DNA from: Podarcis filfolensis
Lineage: Eukaryota
Assembly: GCA_964270895.1 (NCBI GenBank)
Contig: OZ185446.1
Length of the DNA stretch: 64,000 nucleotides
Reading direction: 5' to 3' (one strand)
Shown here piece after piece: positions 11,788 to 22,800 of the stretch (position 1 is the first letter of the stretch; each line of letters begins with the position of its first letter). The notes under the pieces are model-generated. The model saw only the letters and a program-made list of their open reading frames with translations. It ran no database searches and was not told the DNA's origin. Position numbers and translations under genes: made by a program.

Positions 11788-13450
11788 ATGGAGATGACTA
11801 TAGTTCTTCAGAAACCAATAAGCAGTTCAGTGAGACAAAGTGATTGACTGTTAACAATAATTGTTTGTGGGTCTACAAAACTATGGATTGTATACAACGC
11901 TAGTTCTACTCAGAGCAGACCCATTGAAAAGAATGGTATAATTAACTTAGGTTCATTAATTTCAATGGGTATACACAGTAGGACATACAGTAATTAAAAA
12001 TTACCCAGTAGGCGCTGAGTTAGTGACAGCACACATGCAGAATCTCATGTTACGTTTAGAACTGGGGAAGAACACTTGGGACAAATTGGTTTGAATTCAA
12101 GCATTATGAGCTGGATGAATTTGCACCTAAACCAGGTGATGACGAACTTTGGCTGACATAATGGAGCATGCATTAAAATGGCCTTGTTCTGCATGATGTG
12201 GTTCATTCCTGCCACCCTATTACTATCAACAAGAGCCTCTTCTCCCTTTTCCCAGCATTTTGTTAACACTGTGACTGTCTTCTTTGCACTATAAGGGTGA
12301 AGGTCTCATTACGCAGGTCTCATATTTGACAACAGTTACCTGTTGTTATGGAAATGCACTCAAATATCACTCTCTTTCTATTAGATACAATCTGTACACT
12401 TTACAATAGCAGTTGACCGTTCTTTTGTAGCCTACATCAAAATCCTACCCCCTCGCCTCCACCCCTCGCCTACCTTTCTGCATGCTAATCTGCACCCACT
12501 CGCAGGCCATCACAGACAAGTTGCAAGCCATTTACAATTTTATTCATAAATGGTCTGCATACATTACTGCTCCTCTGTGTTTTGAAGAGGTAAAGTGCTG
12601 CAAAGCTGCGAAGTATTAATGTTACATTATTACTAGTATCATGGGACCAATCCCTTCCTTTAATTATTCACTGTGCTTTGTCAGGCAAACTGCCCTCCCA
12701 AAGAATATGCCCCATTTGGATGTTTATTAAGCATTGTATCTGGGCTTCTTAAATGACTGACACTTGCTGGATGGCTAAGTTATAGTGGGAAGTGAATCCT
12801 TTCGAGTGGTCCTTGCAAACCATGGATTTTTTAGAGGTGCTTTGGGATCGGAGGGAAAAGTGTGTAAGGGTGTGGCTGCCACTTATTGTGTATTGACTTA
12901 TTGAATAATGGTCCCCCCCCCCTTTTCTGATCATTGTTCTGTATCACTGTCTACTCTTGTTGGAAGCTGCTGTCCATGGTTGCAGACCAATATCATTCCC
13001 AGACCCATTACATGAGAACCTTTTCAACAGGATATGCCAGGAACTGAATCTGATACCTTCTGCATGCAAAATATCCCTCTGCTGCTAAGCCAAAATCTTC
13101 CTCCTCCTTGCTGTATGCACGAACAGTGCAGGGATGAGACATGCAGCGGAGGCAACATGCTAGCTTCGTCCTTGGAAGCAGGGTTAGGACAAACATCTGT
13201 TTGGAACCCTTGACAAAGCAGAGCCAATTTCGCTCAAAGCAAGCTGCTTATTTGACTCTTGTATTTATATTGTAATGTATATGATACATGCTGCTTCATG
13301 CCCTCACTGACAGCACAGCAGCCCTCATGTCTAATGAAGATGTTTGTGGGGCAAGTATACTGCCTGCTTGGCTGGCTTCTCACTATGATTACAGGATATC
13401 CCCAAGCAGGGGGCAGGGACACTTTTCCTGGGACACTTTCTGAGCTTCCT

Positions 13451-13451
13451 A

Positions 13452-13497
<46 letters not shown>

Positions 13498-14285
13498 TAT
13501 TATTATTATCATTATCATGAATGTACTGTATATACCACCCTATATCTGGCGGTCTCAGGGTGCTTCACAGAATAAAATAAAAATATATAACCACAAAATA
13601 CATAATCAAAATTAAAAAACAACCCAATAACACCCCCAACCCACATTTTAAAAGGGCATAGGATGTCAATCAAATCAACCAAAGACCTGGTTAAAAAGGA
13701 ATGTTTTTGCCTGGTGCCTAAAGGTATATAATGAAGGTGCCAGGCAAACTTCCTTGGGGAGAGCTTTCCACAGATGGGGAGCCACTGCAGACAAGGCCTG
13801 TTCTCGTGTTGCCACCCTCTAGACCTCTCGAGGAGGCACAAGAAGGAGGGCCTCAGAAGATGATCTCAGGGTCTGTGTAGGTTCATATGGTCCTTGAGGT
13901 AGTGCAGTCCTGAGCTGTTTAAGGCTTTATAGGTCAAAATCAGCCCTTTGAATTGAGCCTGAAAACTAATTGGTAGCCAGTGCAGTCAGACCAGGATCAG
14001 TGTAATATGCTCAAACCGTCTTGCTCCGGCAAGCAACCTGGCCGCTGAATTCTGCACTAGCTGAAGTTTCTGAACCATCTTCAGAGGCGGCCCTATGTGT
14101 AACACATTGCAGGAATCTAACCTTGAGATTACCAGAGCATAGACAGCAGTAGTTAGGCTATCCCTGTCCAGATAGGGGCATAGCTGGGCCACCAACCGAA
14201 GCTGATGGAAGGCACTCTGGGCCACTGAGGCTACCAGAGCCTCAACCTGGGCCAGGTGGTGAGAGATTATGTTCTCTAATGCCCA
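13451..14285 (-). mobile_element. 5'-truncated L2 LINE with (AAT)n tail
   Basis: Minus ORF LVAQLCPYLDRDSLTTAVYALVISRLDSCN...KLQLVQNSAARLLAG is homologous to the L2 ORF at 44208-45779. Long (AAT)n/(ATT)n tail at 13453-13515. Confidence 0.93.
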
Positions 14286-16214
14286 ATTAGCAATGTGAGC
14301 AGCTGCCAGCTGAGCATGTCCAAGGAGCATGACTTGATGTATGAAGCCCTTGTTTTATATGGAAAGATACACACCGAAAAAGTTGCATCAGTATGAAGCT
14401 ACATGTTGCAGTACAGCTACAGCAAGTGGCTCTGTGATCACCATGGTGCCTTGGGGACAGACAAGGCACTTTCCTCTTTAATAAGTGTGATGGAGCAGGT
14501 CCACCTTGCCCTCCTGATTTAATGTGCCAGGACAGCTCACTGTACCAACATTATGGAACACAATAGTTCACCAGCCTTGGACTGAGGTTCAACATGCAGA
14601 TTCATCTTCAAGCAGAACTATTAGGTCTTTAAAACTCCACCACGGCCCCACTGCAGCAACAACATTCCAAATATTATCAGTGAGCATGAAGCATGGGCTT
14701 TGAAGACACTCAAACTCAGGACGCAAGGGAGAAATGTGCCAAGAGGAAGGCATGCTTGGCAAATCCACACCATGATCAACTCCCGCCCAGAAACGAATGT
14801 CCCCACTGTGGAAGGATGTGTGGATCCAGAATAAGCCTCCACAGTCACCTCATTTAATTCATTGTTAAAACCATGTTTATGGAAGAAAATCTTACTCGGT
14901 TACGAGTGATCGCCAAAGAAAGAAAGAAAGAAAGACTTTGGCAAGATCATTTAAGCTGATGTACAGATTGGGAAGTACTTCTGAGTGAACGTGCACAGGA
15001 TTGTACATTAACTTTGGTTGGATCGTGCCCATTCTTCTTCCTCCATCTTCTCTTTGAAGTAAAAATAGCAAGCGCTGGATTAAGTTTTGAGGAAGCAAGA
15101 AAAATAAGAAACAAGCCTCATAAATGATTTTGCATGCTTCTATTCCCAGCTGTAGCAAGAATATACCCTTGGGTTTTTGTTGAGTAGTCTTTATCTTCAA
15201 TAATAATTTCATATGCCTTCTCTAATTCCACCCACCCCAACCCCCCAGATTTTTATCAGTCTTTATCAAGGACATTAGTTGATAAATGCTTGAGAAGTGT
15301 AGACGGTGAGGAAAGATGCAGTGAGTCATGCGGTCTCCTAGAAACCAGACAGCAAATAGCTTTCAACAACTATTTCAGACTCCCAAAGTACCCTTCAGCC
15401 CAGCACTCTCTCAAGATGTAATATACTGCAGTGTTACCTGTAGTTTTCAACTGCCCAGGAAGACTTGCAAGGCACAGACAAGAAGCCAGTTTTTTTTCCG
15501 GCAGGCCTTCTTGGCAACAACTATCGAGCAGCGAGAGAGCTGAAAATGACTGGCAGGGGGACAATGTGGAGGAGAGAACATTGTTAGTTTAGCGAAGAGT
15601 GGATTGTTTGCTCTCTGCAAATATATTTTTATGACTCTATCAGGGCCAGATCGACTCCTCGGAAACAACAGCCCATTCTACAGAGGAAAGAAAATTATAA
15701 CATTTCTGCCTTGAGCCAGCTCCAGAATCCCTCAAGGAGCTGCTCACTCTTATGAGTTTCAAAGAGTGGAATGGGCCCATCCGTCACTTGCTTGATGAAC
15801 ATCATCACAGGAACATAGGAAGCTGCCTTTTACTTAGTCAGGCTATTGCTCCATTTAGATGCTGGTGATAGAACCCTGGACTTTCTTGGCAGTGCTTTTT
15901 TCCAGGGGGCACTCAAGGGCATGTAGTACCGGCACTTTCTGTGTATATACAAACCGTTTCTGTCCTATGTAGTCTTTTTAAAGCTATGTCACATTAGGGT
16001 TATCTCCAGAACCCATTTCTAGATCTGCCAGGCCCATTTCTAGATCATATGCAGAGAAACCTTTCCTCTATACTGAGCGCCTTGCTTCTAGAGCTCCCTC
16101 CACGAAGGCAGTCCCCTTCCCCTGACCATGTTTGGAACTTGAAGAAGACCTTTGTAAGATGACAGGTATTGCTAGGCACTGGAGTTATATGACTTTTTAA
16201 AATTATTGTATACT

Positions 16215-16538
16215 CAGGGGCGTCTTACCCATAGAGGCTAGTGGCGCGGGGAGCCAGAGTGCCAAGTTCTGGAGGGCGCCAGGGAAGAGGTGGAGGCTGG
16301 ACGTGGCACCTCCTGGCATCAGCTCACCACCCTCGCCTTCTCCCTCAGCGCCATGCTCAGAGCCTCTGTCTGCCATGGCCACCGTGGCACGAAGCGGCCA
16401 GCCTCCACTTCTTCCCCACCAGAGGAGCTGCCCTCTAGCCACTGTCCACCTCCTTCAGCCCCACCGGCAGCACCGTCCTCCCTAAAAAACTCTGGGAAAT
16501 GGGGAGAGGGGGTGCCGGATATGCTTAAGACAGCCCTG
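16215..16538. mobile_element. GC-rich hAT MITE
   Basis: TIR caggggcgtctta / taagacagccctg; 8-bp flanks tgtatact / tatatact (7/8 match). Confidence 0.85.
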
Positions 16539-16643
16539 TATATACTGTATATTTTTTATTTGATTTCTTGTCATTAACTGCCCTGGGCACCCTTCAGGTA
16601 GGCAGGGTGCGATGTGACTTTACCAAACACATAAATAAAGCCA

Positions 16644-17105
16644 CATAGAATCATAGAACTGTAGATTTGGAATGGACTCTGAGAGTCATCTAGTCAACCT
16701 CCTGTAATGCAGGAATCTCAACAAGATCATTCATGATGGTTGGTCATCTAACCTCTGCCTAAAAACCTCTACCACCTCTCATGGGAGTCTGTTCCATTGT
16801 CAAACAGCTCTTACTGTCAGAAGGTTATTGCTGATGGTTAATTGGAGTCTCCTTTCTTGTAACTTGAATCCATTAGTTAAAGTCCTGACTTCTGAAGCAG
16901 GAGAAAACAACCCTTTAGATATTTGAAGATGGCTATCATATCTCCTCTCAGTCTCCTCTTTCCCAGGCTAAACATACCCAACTCCCTCAACCATTCCTCA
17001 TAAGGCTTGGTTTCCAGACTCTTGGTAATCTTGGCCACCTTCCTCTGCACAGATTCTAGCTTGTCAATACCCTTCTAAAATTGTGGTGGCCAGAACTGGC
17101 ACATC
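16644..17105 (-). mobile_element. CR1 LINE 3' fragment
   Basis: Classic CR1 3' terminus catagaatcatagaa on plus strand, followed by typical antisense CR1 sequence (ctcagtctcctctttcccaggctaaacatacccaactccctcaac). Confidence 0.92.
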
Positions 17106-18261
17106 CAAATGTTCCGCTTGCTAAAAGGTGCATGCTGTCATTACAGTTTGGTTCCTCCATAAGCAAGAAGCAAAAGCATCCTGTTTTAGCAACAGGGCTC
17201 TGAAAGCTCACGTTTCCCCTCAGCTGCTCTTCCCAGTGATTATTTTTTTGTAAAGGCAAAGTTGACTTTCTTGGCTGTGAATGAGGTTACTCTGACATAT
17301 CAAGAAGGAATCTGATCCTGGTTTTATAAGATGTGAGCAAACCTGATCTTGAAAGGTTTTGGGGGGATGATCTATTCATCCTCCGTGGGGATGGCATTTT
17401 ATCTTGCTGAGCCAATCTCTTCTTTCCGTTTACTCCAAAGTTGAGGTTGTAATCCTCTTTTTGTGATACCACAAGCATTCCCACAGCAACAGATTATGAT
17501 GTCACGGGCAAAGATTTATAGTTCTCCAGCACTGACGGATAGGAAGAACTCCATTGTGAGATACTCCAGCCTGCAAATGCTTCCCTGCAATAATTGCCCT
17601 GCTGGGAGGAAATCGGTTTCAGAGAACTTCCATTTTAACAGCCCAAAGAATGTGTTGATAAAGTGTGGTTGAACTTGAGATATTCATCATGAGCTCTGAA
17701 AGTTATTTGTAAATCCAGCAAAGAGATTTCAACAAGTGTCTCCAGAGGATGTAACAAATGTCTAGTGTGAATAAGAGCATTGCTATCTCCTACGCAACCA
17801 ACTCCAGCCACCAAATCAACTTTATCTCACCCTGGTGGCCCTAGCCATTTTTAATCAAGGCATGGCAAAACAATTTTGCTCAGACAATTACACCTGTAAA
17901 GAAAAGAAGCAGTGGTGGTGAAATCTGATGCACATTAGTTCAAAAGAAAGTCCCACAGTTTTCAGTTCCTATGCAGGCATGCAAACGATGGGATATAGCT
18001 ATCTTCCCCCGCCAGGAAATGGCACTGCATTATGACATTGCAATGGGTCTGTGAACTTAATGGGGCTTCTGTGTAGACATGGGTAAAGCACTCTTGGTCT
18101 GCAATCATGCACCTGCTTACCTGGTAGTAAGTTCCATTCAAAAAGGTGAAGGTAAAGGACCCCTGGATAGTTAAGCCCAGTCAAATTCACCGTGGAGGCT
18201 TGGGAAGGAATCTGTACACCCACCAGCTATATAGTTGGTGGGGTGCAGCTGGCGGGCGTGT

Positions 18262-18514
18262 AGAAGAAGAAGAAGACGACGAGTTTGGATTTGATATTCC
18301 GCTTTATCACTACCCGAAGGAGTCTCAAAGTGGCTAACATTCCCCTTTCCCTTCCTCCCCCACAACAAACACTCTGTGAGGTGAGTGGGGCTGAGAGACT
18401 TCAGAGAAGTGTGACTAGCCCAAGGTCACCCAGCAGCTGCATGTGGAGGAGCGGAGACACGAACCCGGTTCCCCAGATTACGAGACTACTGCTCTTAACC
18501 ACTACACCACACTG
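18262..18514 (-). mobile_element. tRNA-derived SINE with (TTC)n tail (Squam2-like)
   Basis: Minus strand has A-box tggtgtagtgg, B-box ggttcgtgtctcc and a CORE-like gggtgaccttgggctagtcac. Near-identical to 60102-60394. Family name is from memory. A short Sauria-type 3' end lies just upstream (~18143-18187). Confidence 0.85.
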
Positions 18515-19777
18515 TAGGGAAAGGGGAGGCTGCCAGCAAAGCTCCCCCACTCGCTGAGGCACCCCTGAGAGGTGCCCTGGTGCAACGAACCACTAGCACC
18601 AATGGGAAAGACGGCTCTGCACCCAATTAATTATATTTGCAAAGGCATTCTCAAGCACTCTGTTGTACCAGCTCTATGGCATTCTGAATATCTGGAATAT
18701 TAGTTCTTTGTTACCTTACTGTTTTACTATTGTGAAGCTCTGACAATCAGATGATCAGCTGATTGTTGGGGGTTCAAAGCATTGAGCATGGCTGTCTGCA
18801 ACCACTGATGATCAGCTGACCTTTGAGACTTGCAAAAAGCTGTACAGGGTGGTATGTGCAAAGTTCTGCATGCATCTGTGGGGTCTGAGAACACCTCATT
18901 GGCCTAGCTTTGTCTTTCTCTGCTCCACACCAGATGTGATATCAGTTTTAGGACAAGTGCATGTGGCTTGGCTAGAATGTGCTAAATGGGGAGGTCTGGT
19001 GGGCCCAAACAGGTGCACGGGCTGAAGGTTCCCCACTGTTGCTTTAAATTGCTCACTTGATTTCTCAATTGCTGGCCTCACATGTACGTGCGAAGTGTCC
19101 ATGTGTACATCGATTGACAAAATTTGTTTTGTTTTTGTCTAATAAGTCAAGAGCTTTACATTTGGGTTAATTCTCTAGATCCAGCTAAGAGCACAGGGTG
19201 ATAGCCATCAATGGATTGAGAACACAATAGAGTCCCACAGAAAGTCTCTCTCTCACACCCAATACACACATGCAGACATTCATTACAGTCAGTTTCCTTT
19301 TTGTCTAGGGTAACTCTAGCATAGGCACGATCAAATCTCACATCTGGATTATGGAACTGAATGTTCTAAAAGCAAGCTCCCTGTCTCTAAATTTAGAGTT
19401 GTCCAGGATGTCTCAAGATAGATAATTTTCTCAAGCAAAATCCCATGCTTTTAAAGAAGGGTTTGTTTGATCGTTGTTTTGGGCCTTACAACATGACTGG
19501 TTATGGCACTTTGATTTATTACCAGTTTCAGAAGTAATATGGACATTTCTAACAGTGACTAGCATCTAGATGGTTGAGGCAATCTATCAGAGTTCTCTTG
19601 AGACAAAAACAGAGCACAGCTGAGTCTGGATACAATTTCAAAGACTTGTCAGAGACATCTTCTAACACACACACACACACACACGAAGAAGCAAGGCAAA
19701 TTCTGGGTAGGTGGATGCAGGACAAGCTTGTCTCACACATTACAATCTTCTATAAAAGAAGCAAATGTGTGTGTATG

Positions 19778-20095
19778 AATGAGGGATAAATTTTATTCAG
19801 ATTGTGTTTAAAAGTGCACCTCCCTAATGAACACTTTCTGAAACAGTATGCAAACCAAAACACAGTTGTCCTTCAAAATTTGCACTTTTATGAATTTTGC
19901 TGTGCAGTTTTCCAGCCAAGTAATTTGTACAAGTATGCATATACTAGGGTGAAGCATGTATGATGAAACATACATTTGTGAATACAAATACAAAAATGAA
20001 TCATATTAGGGGAAATTGTTTTGAAATATGTGTATATTAGGCAAAGTTGCATACAAAAATGTGTATAATTTGCAGAAATTCTTCTCAAAATTCAA
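19778..20095. mobile_element. hAT MITE fragment (TAGGGATG family)
   Basis: Similar to 48498-48891 (aaattt...tgcagttttccagcc...aatatgtgtatattaggcaaa); right end is missing. Confidence 0.55.
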
Positions 20096-20526
20096 TATAT
20101 GCCCATAGTTGTTGTACACCGTGATATCTGTCCTGCCTTTACCATGGAATCTGATGGCAAAGATATGCTATTGGGAGATCTCATCTCCTCATGCAGGGTC
20201 TGTGCATGATTTAGTACATTGCACAATGAAGGTTTTAAATTGCGCAAGTGTGTTCATGAGCTGAGAAGATTCCTGCCGAGTCCTCCACCCTCAAACTTAT
20301 ACATAGAATAAAGATCACTGAACAGAACTCCCTTTGATGGGATTTTACATTAGGGATGTTGGAGCATTCTGATAAAGTCAGAGTAGAAATTGCCAGTGCT
20401 TGCTTATTCATCCCATGTCTGGAACAGAAATCAATCCAGTGAATATGATTGATATTTCTATAGTTGTTGCTTTCAGCCCGCAAACAAGACTATTGATTTT
20501 TGCTCCCCCTCAAAAAATAAATAAAT

Positions 20527-21145
20527 TTGCATTGTGTTTCCTTTGTATTGAAATGAAATGAATGAGGTGGAATCGTGTAATGGCAAAGGAATTTACCCAA
20601 CCTATCTAATGTATTATGGGAGGCGGATGGCACTGTGGGTTAAACCACAGAGCCTAGGGCTTACCGATCAGAAGGTCGGCGGTTCGAATCTCCACAACGG
20701 GGCGAGCTCCTGTTGCTTGGTCCCTGCTCCTGCCAACCTAGCAGTTTGAAAGCACGCCAAAAAGTGCACGTAGATTAATAGGTACCGCTCCGGTGGGAAG
20801 GTAAACGGTGTTTCTGTGTGCTGCTCTGGTTTGCCAGAATCAGCTTAGTCATGCTGGCCACATGACCAGGAAGCTGTACACTGGCTCCCTCGGCCAGTAA
20901 AGCGAGAGGAGCGCTGCAACCCCAGAGTTGTCTGCGACTGGACGTAATGGTCAGGGGTCCCTTTACCTTTACCTTTACCTAATGAATTACATAAATTATC
21001 TAAGTTACATAATTTTACCACAGTGGACAGTGAGACAAATAACAAAGCTTTTGCGGAAGAGGAACTGCAGTGGAACAGAAACAGTGTTGCATGTGACAAA
21101 TACAGGAAGGAACAGAAAACAGTGCCTTCTCACATCCCTGTTGTG
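20527..21145 (+). repeat. Ancient diverged repeat (copy A), split by a Sauria SINE
   Basis: 20527-20616 plus 20979-21145 align collinearly with 56329-56560. Shared blocks include ttgcattgtgtt(t/c)ccttt, aattacataaatt and aactgcagtggaa..gaaacagtg. Confidence 0.8.
20617..20978 (+). mobile_element. Sauria SINE, full length
   Basis: gggaggcggatggcactgtgggttaaaccacagagcc...ggtcaggggtccc(tttacc)n; imperfect TSD ctaatgtatta / ctaatgaatta. Confidence 0.96.
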
Positions 21146-21651
21146 CACACATAAGTGTGGTCAACACCAGAACAGGACTTAGACCTCTTTGGAAGGTCAG
21201 AGTCAGTAATGCTTCTGTTGCTGGAAGTCACAGGAGGGGAGAGCGCATCAGGTTAAGCACTGTGAGAACAGGATACTATGCTAGATGGGCCATTGGCCTG
21301 ATCTGGCAAGTTCTTCTTAAGTTGTGAAGGGAAGCCACCAGAATGTTAGGGCCCAAGATTAGAAGCACTTTGCTTTGCTCCTTCCTCCCTGATTTGGCTG
21401 GGCCCTTCTTTTCTTTTCTGAAACTTTTCCCCAGCAGAGTTTTCCCTCCCTGTACTAAATCATGTGCAACCATATGTTGCTCACAGTTCCTGTTGCTTAA
21501 TCCCCCCCTGCATGTTCCTGCTTTTGTTCATGGTTTCTGCAAGCCTTTCCTTGGTTTCCCAGCCCTGAGCACTCCACCTTCTGTTCCTCTCCCTACACCT
21601 GCCTGACAGAAGGAAGAGAAGCAGGAACAGGCTCTTGCTGTTTACTGTGAG

Positions 21652-21782
21652 CAGTCCTCCCCCGGGGGTACTCAAGGGTGCACAGTATCAGCAGCTCTTT
21701 TTCGTTGTTAAAAAGTGTGACATTTACTGTAACATCTTCATGGTGAGTACCGGCACCTATTTTCCTAGAAAAAAAGGCATTG
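21652..21782. mobile_element. Small hAT MITE (cagtgc...gcactg family)
   Basis: Ends cagt...aaaaaggcattg; 8-bp flanks actgtgag / agtgtgag (7/8 match). Related pieces at ~15891-15940 and 62857-63260. Confidence 0.75.
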
Positions 21783-22629
21783 AGTGTGAGCATCGTTCCT
21801 CCTGTACCTCTGAAGCCACTGGAAATGGGGATCATGTTCCCAAGAGCTATTCTTGTTCTAACTGAGCGTATGAAAAGAAAACATTGACCGCTCCACAAAA
21901 CACCTGCACACTATTTATTATGTCACTAAAGGTGTCAGATGTTTCTGGGGCTTCGCCTTGAATGCTACTCCTTTCAATCCATCACCAGTGAGGCTTCACC
22001 TCGCATTGGCTTTACAGGGCTAACAGGTGTCTGGCAATTAAAAGAAATCATTTAATATTGCAGTTTATTTCACGTAATTTACTGCACCCCAGACCTCCCC
22101 ATCCCACAGAAATATAACTCATCTGCATCCATTTCTACACCATAGGCATGTGGTCTCGCTACCCAAGTTCAGCTAGGGAAGAAAGAGATCAAGTTAGGCA
22201 TTAATATGGATCCTACGCTTAGCTGCAGAATAAAACACTGAGATGAAAGGGATAGATAAGGAAGTGCTGTGGGGCCTTTCCACAGACGGAGCTTGGAATA
22301 ATTTATATTTCTGGCAGTCACGCTGTAAAAACATGATATACAAAGTATATAAGAAAGTTGTCTGTCAACAGACTACTGCACAACGGAGTTCACACAGAGG
22401 TGATCAGATGGTGGAATTAAAAATGATCGGTAGAAATGTGTTTTTCTGGAATCTCCTCCTCATCCTTGTCATTTGAAAAAAGCATATGTGAAGATTACAG
22501 CCGTATATTACAGAAAAGAGAAGCATGGTACTCTGCAGATCTAAACGGATTGAATTCTCATGGTTTCCCTGTAGGGTTCTTGGAATGATGAGGATGATAA
22601 TGATGATGATGCCACAACAAAATAAGGAC

Positions 22630-22800
22630 AGCCCTGCTGGATCAGGCAGAAGTCCACCTAACCCAGCATCCTGTTCCCACAGTCCCTGGGTGGTGGTGGG
22701 GGACTGTACCTGATTGCAACAAATTTCTCCTCACTTGTGATGCCCAGCGACTGATATGCAGAGATATACTGCCTCCAAAAGTGGAGGCAGAACACATTCA
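22630..22800 (-). mobile_element. Old CR1 3' fragment
   Basis: ctgctggatcaggc...ccagcatcctgttcccacagt is the antisense of the CR1-type tail seen on plus at 36925-37075. Confidence 0.6.

Noticed and set aside
13234-13615. Poly-isoleucine ORFs
   Set aside because: Translation of the (AAT)n L2 tail.
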